Of a DNA stretch of 64,000 nt, positions 1 through 12,192 are shown piece by piece. The notes under the pieces are model-generated. The model worked only from the letters and a program-made list of their open reading frames with translations, had not been told where the DNA came from and did no database searches. Every line of letters begins with the position of its first letter. Position 1 is the stretch's first letter. This DNA is from Eledone cirrhosa (lineage: Eukaryota). Position numbers and translations under genes: made by a program. The stretch lies in contig OZ024742.1 of assembly GCA_964016885.1 (NCBI GenBank), forward strand, positions 273,668,001-273,732,000. Reading direction: 5' to 3'.

Positions 1-270
1 GGTTCAACCTCGAATAGCTTGAAGACAGGATGTAATTCACAGCCGAACTCGTTTAGAAACCCTAAACTTAGTAACGCTACTTCACTATCTCACTACATAC
101 ACCCACTAAAAAGAAGTAACGTACCATATACTCTAGAATGGGAAGTCCTAGAGTCTCGCACTATTATTTATTCAAATGTCAATCAACTAAATAAAAAATC
201 AAATATGTTCTCCACGTGTCCACATTATTACCGATATTCTTTCCAATATTACAAACCCAATAGCTAATCT
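1..270 (+). pseudogene. Decayed C-terminal (post GIY-YIG) fragment of a Penelope-like element
   Basis: SFRNPKLSNATSLSHYIHPLK..PYTLEWEVL..MFSTCPH parallels SFKKHSLANSTSLSSYIHYLK..SYTLQWEVI of the ORF at 61954. Confidence 0.75.
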
Positions 271-556
271 ATAACAATGTCAGATCCATTCCCATATTAC
301 AACTACCTTTAAGTTTAATCCATTTGTATATTGTAATTATATAACTAACCCCCCCCCCCGTACGTTTAATAAAACCTACCACCCTATATTCTATCTGATA
401 TCCTTTTCTATTACTTAATTATCATAATATTACCATAACATATATACATTAATAAACTCCATCTTCTATCTCATATCAAATACAAATCATATATATATCT
501 TAATAACCATATAAAGAATAAAGAAACACTTCATGCACTCTACTATGCTCTCCCTC

Positions 557-1200
557 CTATAGTATCATCCTTACTAGTAAATAAATATAAAACTCTTGTG
601 GGTTTTTTCTTATTACTATATTAATATCATCTACGTAACGAGAGTACATGATGAGGTCTATGGAGTACTCTTCAAGGATTTCTCCTCTCCCACCATACCA
701 TAAATAGATTAGCAACATCGCTAATGTGCTGACGCAATGCTGCTCCCTCATTCTGGATGTAGATATTTTCGTTAAATCAGCAAAATATTCTCTTTTACGA
801 AAATCTACTGTACAAATAAGAAATGTGTTATATGGAAAATGAACCACCAGATAAAATATAAAATTAGAAATGTAGTTTATAGCATCAGATATACAGAGGG
901 TACTTGCGGAAACATAACAAAGACATACATAGGTGTGGTAGGTCGAAGCATACGAGAAAAATAGATCAACAGAGGTGGAACTAAAAGGACAACAACGGTC
1001 AGTACTATACGAACACGCCAGTCAAAGATATAACGGTAGTATAGAAAACATAGAAATTAAAATAATATTGAACCATATAAATTAGTCAAAAGGTAGGCAA
1101 ATCAGCGAATCATCTGAAATAGAACTAAGAAGACCGAAGTTAAACAGAAAAAAACGAACGGAATAACAACAACCATACCCAAACAAACAATACTGACTTA
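557..1200. mobile_element. Decayed PLE related to the 31431 family: RT fragment on the minus strand (557-847) joined to an endonuclease fragment on the plus strand (841-1200)
   Basis: LIMYSRYVDDINIV matches LIMYSHYVDDINIV of the 31431 ORF. The plus strand reads RNVVYSIR..YIG..LNRK, like that ORF's C-terminus. Confidence 0.7.
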
Positions 1201-1444
1201 AGGGAAATATAAATTAATAAATAAATATGTACACAAGTGCAATAACAACAAACACATATAATCACACAGTAGTGAACAGAGATAGAATACAAAAACAAAA
1301 ATACATACACTCACCAAACATCATACACACACGGAAACGCATGCGCAGATACAGAGACAAGAAGAACTAATAAATAAATAAAAATAAAATGGCTTAGACA
1401 TACACTACAATAAAATAAAATGGGAGGAAATATACGGACAGTTG

Positions 1445-2445
1445 CACCTCCTGGTCGGCTCTCCACTGCTATTTAGATTATTTCTTCCATCGGGGTTGAG
1501 TTTTTTGTTGTTAGAGGAGACGATGTTTTGTGCGAAGTTTGGTGTAGTGCTGTAAGAGAGTTTGATGGTATTTTTGTTAATTATGTTGTGGTAGCGGTGT
1601 TGTAGTGGGAGTGTTTTTCAATGAGCTTAAAGAATAGTTTCCCGATGGGAGTTGTCACCTCTGCGTTGTGGGGAGGATTGAACCATGTTACATTGCGTGA
1701 GCGGCGGTGTCTCCTGCTGGTTCCGCTAATGGGAGCTGGACAGTAGGTTATTTCCTCCCGGAAACCACTCCGCTTGAGGGCCTGGTTGTAATAAGGCGCA
1801 TGTTCATCGAATATCCGCTCATTAGCTGACAAACGGGATATGCGGAGGGAGATGTTTTTGACCAGGTTGTTGGTGATGTTCCTAGGATGGTTTGATCGGC
1901 GGTGGATGTAGTGCAGGTTGTCATTAGGTTTCCTGTATGGGTAGTACAGGTCGTTTTCGAGGTCGAGGGTCACGTCCAGGAAGTTTACTCGGGTCAGGGA
2001 CGTTTGTAGGGTTATTTTAAATCCCCAGTCGCGGAAGAAGCTGGTTAATTGTTTCCGGACCCGATCTGTACTACTGGGATTGTACCCTTTAAGGGTAAGG
2101 AGCCCATCATCACGGTACAATCCACCAGCGAATGCAGGAAACATATCGGTGAGTTTGGTTATTAGGAATAATCCTATAAGCTCTGTGACCTCCACCGAAT
2201 CCGTGGCGCCCATGCTGACGTCGAAGGGTGACTCGGGAGCTCTTTTTATTCATTTAGAGTCGTCAAAGAGTAAGACTGTTTTCCTGGCGTGGAGGATGAT
2301 TTTTCTTTCCTGGTCGGTGATGGGCACAAGTGTTTCGGCGAAGTCCAAGGCGGCAGTAAGTAGAAGTAAGGTGATTGAAGCATAGTAGCTCTCTACGTCG
2401 AACTGTATGAATTTAGTGTCTCGTTTATCCTCCATATTGCTGAAC
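1445..2445 (-). pseudogene. PLE reverse transcriptase fragment (family with the WFNPP motif)
   Basis: Motifs FIQFDVESYYASI, MGATDSVEVTELIG, GLYRDDGL, VNFLDVTLDL, YIHRRSNHP and WFNPP. Interrupted by a stop near 2250. Confidence 0.9.
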
Positions 2446-3059
2446 CAGAATTATTATCTAGTACTAGTTCACTTTGCTGCACTGGGTGGTTGCTGGCCTG
2501 GTGCCCGGGATAGAAACCTTTATTATTTATTTCGTGGTAGTTTATTTAGTATTTTGGCCCCATTTGTTGACACGTCACCGTATGATTTACGTACTTATAC
2601 CTCTTAAAAGGGTCCTTGCCTATTCCGTCCCACCTAGTTTATTTACTTATTTCGTTATTTCTTTATTTCTTTCTTTCTTTCTTTATTTATTTATTTATTT
2701 CTTTATTTATTTGTCTAGCCTAACAATAGCTAGAGACTTAGGTCGTAGAACTTGCTTTTATACTCTTTTTTCTTTACACTTATTCGCTTTTCATCACTCT
2801 CAGTATTTTTTCTTTCATATATATATATTTTACCCCTCATTGTTCTACCTACCGTTTCGACTTTCTCCCCCTCCCCCTCCCCAGTATCTTCTTTGACCTC
2901 ATGCCCAGCTGTAGCTGGAACTACCAACGCATGATTGGGTCTACTCCACCCCTTCCCCTTTTTCTCCTACTGGCAGGTTTAGCCACCATCTCCCCTACTA
3001 ATTTGCAATCACAGAATTACTACTACCTTTTGACAATCACTTTGACCATATATGGAATT

Positions 3060-3153
3060 ACCCCTTGAGAAGCTCGGCTATTTAAATACCAGGATAAATT
3101 TTCATTTAGTCCAGAATTAGCCGTCGAAACGGCTTGAGCTCAGCCGTCGGGGT
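3060..3153 (+). ncRNA. Type I hammerhead ribozyme with U3-A8 core variant and long stem II
   Basis: ACCCC-UUGAGAA-G(CU)CGGCUA..UAGCCGUC-GAAA-CGGCU UGAGCUC AGCCG-UC-GGGGU. Predicted cleavage after C3148. Followed by a ~90-nt tail and (TA)n. Confidence 0.8.
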
Positions 3154-3244
3154 CTTATTGGTTCCTATTACCCACTCTACTACCCTAAGTATTGAGTACT
3201 TTGGTGCGTTATGGTCCCTCTGGTTCCTTACCACATTTCCTTCG

Positions 3245-3279
<35 letters not shown>

Positions 3280-3559
3280 ATCGCATGGTCTTTTGTTTCA
3301 GTTATACGATCTAGCTTTAGCTACGATCTCCCAGTGTAAACTATATTGGGTGTGGTTGTCTTTTAGACTCCAGATATAAGCTGAAAGTGACGTCATATTC
3401 CTTCTTTAAATGTTTAGAACAAAATGGGTGTTCATGTAAAGACGCTTCTTGAATCTATTGGCGGTTAACACTATGTAGACACTACGGGTCGTGGGTGTTT
3501 CGACCTTACATTTGTAGACAATGTTACTGGAGAGTCATTTCCCGGATAGAGGGCAGTCA

Positions 3560-3972
3560 ACCCGATTTCATTTCATTTGTTTCCATTTATCGTTTTCGGT
3601 ACGTCTGACTGACTAACTCACTCGATATGCAAATGAGGCTGCTCAGCCGTTAATATGCATAAGGAAAGTATATACTTTCAAACGTTCAATCATCTGACAG
3701 GAAGGTGTACGGTGCTGATGATAGCTAATAAGCTTGAAACTAGTTCATAGTTCCTTTGTCAGTGTGTCAGTGTTGAACAAAAGGGCAACGATGGTTGCCG
3801 AACACTGTACGGCTTAATTCGGGCTGTTTGTTTACAAACAAACGGAACATTATAATAAATGTTCGGTAAACCCATACGTACATATATATATGTGTGTGCA
3901 TGTATGTATATATATATGCATACTACTGTACGTCTGTATACATATATGTATGTACGTATATATTTCCTTTCC

Positions 3973-4043
<71 letters not shown>

Positions 4044-4240
4044 AATGGAAAGGAATGAAATGAAATTTCATTTCTCACTCTTAGTACGGCTGATACTTAA
4101 ATATAAGTATGTATACGTACATACATATATGTATACAGACGTACAGTAGTATGCATATATATATACATACATGCACACACATATATATATATGTACGTAT
4201 GGGTTTACCGAACATTTATTATAATCTTCCGTTTGTTTTT
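3560..4240. mobile_element. Diverged copy of the retrozyme-like HHR element: plus-strand unit, (TA)n, partial inverted unit
   Basis: Collinear with the units at 48345-49712 (octamer, GAAAGTATATACTTTC palindrome, HHR, hairpins). Confidence 0.8.
3709..3751 (+). ncRNA. Minimal type I hammerhead ribozyme
   Basis: ACGGUG-CUGAUGA-UAGCU AAUA AGCUU-GAAA-CUAG-UU-CAUAGU, with palindromic stem III ACUAGU. Confidence 0.8.
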
Positions 4241-4539
4241 ATATATATATATTAAAATAACAGATTAAAATTTAATCTAAAAATCGCTGCTTTCACCCTT
4301 AACAGAATTTTCTGAAACTAAAAAAAATCAATCTGTGAACGCAGAAGTATATATTTTGAAAAACGTACACACTACATATATATATACACACACAGATATA
4401 TATATATATATATATATATATGTATACACACACAAGGATAGTGTCATAATGTCGTAATGCAGACAGGCAGACATACAGACACATACTATGATGGCCCGAC
4501 GTCATAGCTATATAATGCGTTCCCTAGGGCATTGAACAT

Positions 4540-4690
4540 TTAAAATATTCTTTGCTTAAAACACTCACACGATCATAAGTATTACATGTGTAAAGTTTGA
4601 AAACAATCGGTTGGGTGGTTCTCGAGTTTTCGGGAGTCAGACAGATAGATTGACAGCCAGACATTCTCTGTTATATATATATATATATAT
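4540..4690. mobile_element. Possible end of a non-autonomous Helitron-like element
   Basis: AAGTTTGAAAACAATCGGTTGGGTGGTTCTCGAG..CAGACAGA..TTATATAT resembles, from memory, termini of Lep1/HINE-type elements. Not verified. Confidence 0.3.
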
Positions 4691-4827
4691 TAGGATTGGT
4701 GCTCTGAAATAGCGATGTATGTATGTATAGTATATTTGGCAATATACCGTATGCTTAATTAAAAACATTTTGATGACCATACGCTATCCGTTTTAAAGTA
4801 GTGATTATGTCACTTACTTCTTTTATA

Positions 4828-4900
<73 letters not shown>

Positions 4901-5826
4901 GTATATATTTATATTTGCATGCAGGGGAGGGGGGGGGGGCAAAAATAAATAACGGGAAATATCTCCGAAGAACGATACTGAGCAATGACCTGTTTGAAAC
5001 TTGATATAAGAGGAAATGAGAGTTAACCTATCGGTCACTAATCATTGGTGAGAATAGAGAATTAGAGGTAGATGAAATAGAAATGTAGATGAGAGTAAGA
5101 AGCACTTATTTCTTTTAACGGGAGTAAAACACGTGTGTTTTTAGTGTGTAATATTGAGTAAATGTGAATCAAAATAATTATATATTTGGAGTTAATATGT
5201 GTAAGCATGTGTGTATGTTTATGCCCGTGTCCATGTGTGTGAGTAACGCACTCTGATATCGCGGTGTTGCTATTGTTATTGTCCGAGTGAGCGCGTGCGC
5301 CAACACGTGATTTGATTAAGGCAGTGAGTGTCAGAACTTGAACGGTTGGGTAGATGTTTAGGCCTACATGTGTGTTTATGTATATACCCACACATGCTCG
5401 TCAGTAGAGTTCACTTTCTATGTATAATTGTGCGTACAATTAAAAGCCAGGACATAGTTGATGGCAGTCATTAGTTGGTACAGAGAAAGGATGATGGTAA
5501 CACATGCATGGACGTCACCGTGTGTATAGCGGCCCAACTTACTGTGAGGCATAAAACATGACAAAACGACAGTATATACGCGAAACACCAAACTCCAGAG
5601 TATGAAGACGCTGAGTACGTCGAGAGGGCGACAGTCAGGATGTGATGGGGGCGGAACAAAATGTTGGGAGTTATTTTCATCATAAATTTGGTTTGACATT
5701 TACACTAGTGTTTGCAGTACCAGCGGAGATTTTGGCTTTGCTCTTATTGCTGTTGGTGTTGTTTGGCCCCAGACTAATACATATACTTCAGTAAAAACTA
5801 ACTAAAATACCTTTACGTGCTGATTA

Positions 5827-7551
5827 CACCGTGTAACATATTTTTGGTTCCCAGGTTCTAAGTCTCATTTCATGGTTTGTTATATCCCATTATTATTTTT
5901 AAAAAAACACTATTATTTAATCAGAAGTTTGGGTTTGTGGTCAGGAGTGTGATATTTCGAAATTTTCATATTTTTCAATGAAAAACACATTTAAAAAAAA
6001 TGTATCAGTTCATATAATTAAATCAACAGAGTATATATTTATTTTATTACACGAGCTTATCAAAAGCAAACAAGTAAAAACAAATAAGACTAAAAAGCAA
6101 CTTATACACGTCGGAAATGACTGGATTTCCTGGATGTGCGGTTGTAGTCCTGGTCGCATTCCCGCACTAGCCCACAGATGTAGTCCCCCATCATTTTTTC
6201 ATTGTAGTGGCCCTGGTACCTCCACTATATCGCTTCCACATCGTGGTTGAATCGTTCGCCTTGTTCTTCTGAGTAGGCACGCAACTTGTCCTTGAATTTT
6301 TCCAGGTGAGCGTCCAGCATATCGAGTTTAAGCGACATCCTGCATCCCATGGCGCCAAAAGCCTTTATCAGATCCTGCACCAGTTGATGGTAGTTTCAGC
6401 TCTGTAGTTGCCCAGGAAGCCCTTAACAACTGCCTTGAAACAGTTCCATGCTGTTCTCTCCATCCTATTGATCTTATTGGAGAACTCGGTAAACTCAAAC
6501 ACCTTCTTTATCTGAGGTCCAACAAAAATTCCACCTTTGATTTTGGCCTCAGATAATTTGGGGAAGAACTCAAGAGGGTACTTAAAAGCAGCTGATTCTT
6601 GGTTGAGAGCCTTCACAAACTGCTTCATCAACCCCAATTTAATGTGCAGTTGCGGCATGAGCACAATCCTGGGATCAACCAGTGGCTCCCACATGACGTT
6701 CCGGGTCCCAACTACAAATTCTGTTCGCTGCTCCCAGTTCTTTCGTTTTCAGTGGTCAGAGGTAGCTCTGCTGCCCCAAAGGCAGAGAAAGCATTTGAAT
6801 TTGATAAACCCTCCTTGGAGTTCAAACAGGAAAGCCACCATCTTGAAGTCTCCAATGATTTCCCAATTGTACTGGGTGTATTGCAGAGCTTCCAAGAAGA
6901 CTTTCACACTGTAGTAATCTTCCTTCAGGTAAACTGAAATGGGCTAGGCGCAGTGTCGGAAACTTGTTTCCATTGTGGAGAAGAACAGCCTTCGAACTTG
7001 TGGTGGAGCTGTCTATAAATAGCCTTGGTCACAAACGGCACCCAGATAGCGTCAAACAGTCCAGGCACGTCATGGCAGAAGCAGAGGCCATCCCTAAGAG
7101 TGTAAAAGCCTGAGAAAGGTTCGTGTCGACTTCTCTGAAGTGTCACCCGCACTTCCTCCTTGACCATGTTCCACTGCTTCATCCTGGAGACGAAGGCTTA
7201 AAACACAACTTACCCTTTATTCAGGGTGCTAACATCCAATATCAATAAATCTATTTAATCCACTTTTTAAAAATGTTATACTTTATTGCACTTTCGTAAT
7301 TTTCTTTAGGTATTACTCTTTATTTTATAATTTTAATTTAACTGAAACATATAAAAAAATAATTTAACATAAGCAAATTAAACTTACATACAACGTAAAA
7401 TCCAGCATACACATAATTCTAGTGAATAGCTTAGAATGTTTACAAACCCAACTGTTTAATAGGACTTTTTTTTATTTATTTGGGACCTAAGCAACACAAA
7501 AAAGTGATTATAAGCCTGGAAAAGAGAAAAATAAATGTTTGTTACACGGTG
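5827..7551 (-). mobile_element. Internally deleted DNA transposon with TIRs (possibly Tc1/mariner m44-like)
   Basis: TIRs CACCGTGTAACA / TGTTACACGGTG, flanked by TTA on both sides. Frameshifted transposase remnants at ~6200-7190 (LHIKLGLMKQFVKAL, KLSEAKIKGGIFVGPQI). Superfamily assignment is uncertain. Confidence 0.75.
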
Positions 7552-8152
7552 TTATCTGTTCTTAAATGCATTTATGTTTGTAATATACAACGTGTTCGTT
7601 AACTAATTGAAAAAGATTCCCGGAGGATTTGAGGCGTATTTGGCTGTTCATTGAATCAGAGTCTCATGCCTCGAGGTTTCTTTATACATAACACTTTAGT
7701 GGTGAGACATTCTCAGGAGAGCTAGAGAGGAGAAAGTCTTCAGCAAAGACGCCCCCGCCCCTTCATTATATAATATTTATACATATGCCAATTTAGTAAA
7801 TCAGAAAGATATTAATATTATCCTAAAATGTGTTGTGTGGTTACAAATGGTAAAAGAAATGAAGAGATACGCATTGAAAAGCAGTCGATCCTTATTTAAG
7901 GCACACTAGAGTCTGACGCTATTCCTTCTCCAATACAATTAATAGATGAGACCCTAGTATATCAGTGTAAATAGAATGCATTAATCAATGTCAATAAGTA
8001 TTTGTGGCAGTGCGCAATCATTTGAAATCGAAACTTATTTCATTGCTGTAATTGCAATAAAAAAGACGAGGGATATGCTTTTGCCGTATTGATTTCTGAA
8101 GTGTGCATACATAGACACATAATCACAATTGTATGTATATATATGATTCAGG

Positions 8153-8243
8153 ACCCCGACGGCTGAGCTCTTCCCGTCTCAACGGCTAGTTCCAGATTGA
8201 ATGCAAATGTATTGTTGGATAAGTAGCTGTTTCATCAGAAGTT
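8153..8243 (-). ncRNA. Degenerate hammerhead of the 3060 family with canonical C3-G8 core
   Basis: Minus strand: CUGAUGA-AACAGCUA..UAGCCGUU-GAGA-CGGGAAGAGCUCAGCCG-UC-GGGGU. GAAA is mutated to GAGA. Confidence 0.7.
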
Positions 8244-9888
8244 ATCACTTACTCCACATAATGGCATATATTATTCATCCAATCGTAAGGAATCTTTGCG
8301 AATGTATTTGGGTTTTTTAGGGAGTGGCTGTGTGTGTATAAATATCTAGCTTAGTGATTTTTCATACGTATATGTGCGTCTATATGTGCGTTCAAGTGTA
8401 TCTATCATGACTTATCTAGATAGAATAAGTGTAGAGGGCCGATATATATTTAGCGGGAAGTTATTTAATGTTTAGTTGGTGTGTGTTTATTCCCTCAGGC
8501 ATGTTGTCGTGACCGTCAGAGTCAAGAGTATGCAATTGCCACCTATCGCAGAACAAAGAAGAATACCAGTTATGAAAATAGTAATTTATCAGCTCTGAAC
8601 CGGCTAATTTTATTAGTTATCTGAGAAATCCGATTCAGCAGCGAACAGACACATCAGAAGACAACTATATACACATAAGCACATATTTTTTCAAAGGTAA
8701 TCCAAGTGGAGGAAACTGTATATTTATGACCATTCTTCACAATTCACATTCTTTTATTTTCAGAGGAAAACAAAACTTTGCACAAGAATATTAAGAAAAA
8801 AAGTTGTAGATAGAAATTGCAGTGATGGAATCGATAATATAATTCTTCTTTAAATTGAAAAAATAAGATACATGAAGGTGTCAAATATATAAAGATACAT
8901 GTGTGGTCAATTAGCCAGTGCTAATTGGGGCAATGTCTAGTAGAATTAATTTGCTCTAACTAATCTGGTACTTTCGTACCTATAGCTACGATTAGAAGTG
9001 TAGATTTGATTGACATACGATGTCCTCGTTATGTTGTACTACTGGGACAGTTGTGGTGATTATATTTCGTAGATTTGTCTTGGAATAGGTAGAATGGGTA
9101 ATTACTACTTGATTATGCACCGTAGGCGCCTATTTTCTTTTCTTAACTGCGTATGTATGTTGCAAGGGGCCGGGCGTTGTCCACATGCAAATAGGTAAAG
9201 ATATTTCTGTAGAGCAGTGCTAGTGTAGGTGTAGTCACTTTAACCCCACTGTTGTAGAATAAGATGCTGTGGTTCGCCCCTCTTTGGGGATATATTTCTG
9301 TGGATAAAGGGTTGGATATGCGACTCGGATAGATACAAGAAGAGATGCTTCTGTACCTGTTTCATGTGCTAATAATTTGCTTTTAATGATGGTATGTGTA
9401 TTTTGGTATGTTACAGTCAGCTCAAATGCGTCTATAAGAGCTAATTCCATGTCTATGTAAGGGTGAGTATGTATTCTATATACCGAGGGATGCGTTTGCA
9501 GATGTACTATAGTAAACCTAGGGTGACTATTGCACTGTTTGTATGTACAATGAATGTTGGGAAATTTATCTGATTCTGATACTCCTGGATCGTGAATAGG
9601 TCAGATATTGAGATATATTTTGTAAATCCTGTGTTTGCACGAGGTGACGAGTTCATTCTGTTTATATAGTAATTACTCCGTGACAAAAAGCATTCAGACT
9701 GTCATCTCAGTGCATAAATTGCACGGGTGGGATCCTCCTCTATAAGGTTTGGCCTTGGACAAGTGGCTCCAAATTAGTTCAAGACAGCGGCGTTAAAGTG
9801 ACTACACATACACTAGCACTGCACTACAGAATTATCTTTACCTATTTGCATGTGGACAACACACCCTCCCCCTGCAACATACATGCGC

Positions 9889-10052
9889 AACAGCTACTAA
9901 ACCATCAACACATTTCTATTCATCTAGCTGCTGAAAAGGCATGAGCTCAGCCGTCGGGTTCCTGACTCATTCATATAACCATACTTTACTACCCCAGTAT
10001 CGAGTAGTCTGGTGAGTAGTGGTGTAACCAGTTTCTAACTAAATCATTCTTG
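9889..10052 (+). mobile_element. 5'-truncated HHR and 3' tail of the 3060 family
   Basis: CAGCUA..UAGCUG CU GAAA AGGC AUGAGCUC AGCCG UC GGGUU, then the tail and (TA)n. The CUGANGA box is missing. Confidence 0.65.
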
Positions 10053-10429
10053 ATATATATATATATATGGTGGTAAAAGAAGGGAGATTATATCTGTAGT
10101 TGGTAGTGCAGTCAATCTAAAGGACGAATTCGGTATAGTGTTAGTACCACACCAAATTAGAAAATCAGTTTTGATAACGTGCGTTTCACCGGATGGATGT
10201 TCACTCCGTTTATGCCTACGGTGTGAAGGAAAGTATATATGAGTTGACTAGATTCTGCATGACAGTTTTCGGTGTATTTGTGACAAGGGGGACAACTAAA
10301 ATTATACTATTGCAGGGGGGCGCATTTTATTTGTGTTAGTTCATTCCGGGTTAAACATTTGGTTATCCTAGGTCCTTACAGTTACGTAAAATATACTCGC
10401 ATCGTGGGGGTATCAGTTAAATACATCGT

Positions 10430-10980
10430 CCCCTGTGTTAAGGCATGTACTATTACGTAACCTCTGTAAGATATTCCCTCTTGTATCTACACACAGCTCA
10501 CAGGACATTGCTCATATTCCGTATGGTCTGGATTTGTTAAAAAGTGTCCATTGATTGGAAAACTTCACGTCTGCATCCTTATGTGACCATACTTGGCTTG
10601 CCAGCTTTGTGGTTGATCGATTCGAAGAGTGTATAAATATCGACCGGCCTCCCATATGCCTACATACGTTTTGACCACATTCTGTTGATCCGGTCAAGTG
10701 GATGTAACTTCAGACACATAGCCGAATACGGGAGTGTTATACTGTTGTTGAGGAGAGCATGACACGGGCCTTATGCAAGAGCATGCGGGCGAGGAAGATA
10801 TTTTGAGGTTTGTGGTGATGTGGACGTTCATAGCTTTAGCACAGGAATATCGGTGTTGCATCTTCTGTCTAATAAAGTTAGTTCTGTATCTATATATCCT
10901 AGGGAAGTGCTTGTTTATGGGGGCCAAGAACGTTTTACCTACATTCAAACCCCGACCAAGAAAGATGGGAAGAACCAAAT
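10430..10980 (-). pseudogene. Highly decayed PLE C-terminal region
   Basis: NVGKTFLAPINKHFPRIYRYR..YSCAKAM aligns to HIAKLFFKALDNRFPRTHRYH..YSSTKNL of the 35238 ORF. Confidence 0.6.
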
Positions 10981-11152
10981 TATATTTTTATTTCTATTTT
11001 CCTCCCTATTACTAGTGTGATTAGAAGAGGAGTAACACATTTTGTCGAAGAAGCCGCTTTTGGCTAACGCAATGCTATATAATTTGAAACATCCTTAGGT
11101 TTGTGGAAAGTTTTGAATGTATGCACACACACACACACACATACATATATAT

Positions 11153-11292
11153 AGAGTCCAGAAATAGCCGTCGAAACGGCTTGAGCTCTGCCGTCGGGGT
11201 AATACACTTTCCTATTACCCACTCTACTACCCTAAATATTGTGTACTCTGGTGCGTTATGGTCCATCTGGTTCTTTACCACAACTCCTTCGT

Positions 11293-11293
<1 letters not shown>
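11153..11293 (+). mobile_element. 5'-truncated HHR half and 3' tail of the 3060 family, between TA tracts
   Basis: Close match to 3108-3245: UAGCCGUC GAAA CGGCUUGAGCUCUGCCG UC GGGGU plus tail. Confidence 0.8.
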
Positions 11294-11323
<30 letters not shown>

Positions 11324-11375
11324 GAAAGAGTGAATAATAACATGGTCAACAGTAGAAACAAGGCAATTTATTTAC

Positions 11376-11484
11376 AGTCTAACAATTGTTTCCATGATAG
11401 AGCTGTCTAGAAATTGCTAAACACTGAAGGCAGTGGCACTCAATTTAAAAATACATGCAACCCCCCATTATTTCGTCAGAGACT
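11376..11484 (-). ncRNA. Type I hammerhead ribozyme with extended stem II
   Basis: AGUCU-CUGACGA-(AUAAUGGGG..CUCUAUCAU)-GAAA-CAAUUG-UU-AGACU. Palindromic stem III ACAAUUGU. Confidence 0.75.
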
Positions 11485-11867
11485 AATAGAAAATACAAAT
11501 ATATGCGTAACGGTAAATTTATAAATTCAAATTACCACATAAATAATGATATTAATAATAAAGATATAGAGAGAAATAAAGGAAGGTGGATATATGGAAA
11601 GGAGGGGGTGGGGAGACGAAGGAGAAGACGAAAATACAGTTATATGTACAACCAGCAAAATTACGAAATCAAACTATTCACTTTTTCAATTTTATCACTA
11701 CAATATATACTTAAAAGGGAATACATGTGAAGTCATTAACTCGCCATCCACGTAAACCTCTTATTGAGTCAAACAACGCCGTACGCTTAAACTATCCATG
11801 ATAAGTAGTTTTCACAACCTCTTATCGGATTACGTTTAACGATATATTGTTTTCCTCTCTCTCTCTC

Positions 11868-11901
<34 letters not shown>

Positions 11902-12071
11902 GATATAGATAGGTAAATATACACGGGTGTGTATGATTGTGTATAGAAGATTATATTAATAAGAGGAATTCCAACTTTGTCTGATTTACTCGTTTTATTT
12001 ACAATCCTTTAAAATATATAATGGTATTATAATAAAATAGTATGATAGAATATTAAATTCTAAGTGTTAAT

Positions 12072-12110
12072 TGAACAAGTACTTTCATGCTTTCGCAATC
12101 TTCGGGTTCA
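12072..12110 (-). ncRNA. Minimal type I hammerhead with U4C core (CCGAAGA)
   Basis: UGAAC-CCGAAGA-UUGC GAAA GCAU-GAAA-GUAC-UU-GUUCA. Perfect 5-bp stem I and palindrome AGUACU. Confidence 0.75.
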
Positions 12111-12192
12111 TAATATGTGGTGACAGTCGAGTTTGCAATATATATATATCAATAGTATTAAATAATGGAAACTATCTATATAAAACCATATT

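Noticed and set aside
8499-8696. AG..GT bounded candidate exon
   Set aside because: The best frame I read has two stops and no recognisable protein.
10170-10230. GAAA CGCACG UU half-hammerhead on the minus strand (similar half at ~15672-15690)
   Set aside because: No CUGANGA-like box was found upstream, so it is not counted as a ribozyme.
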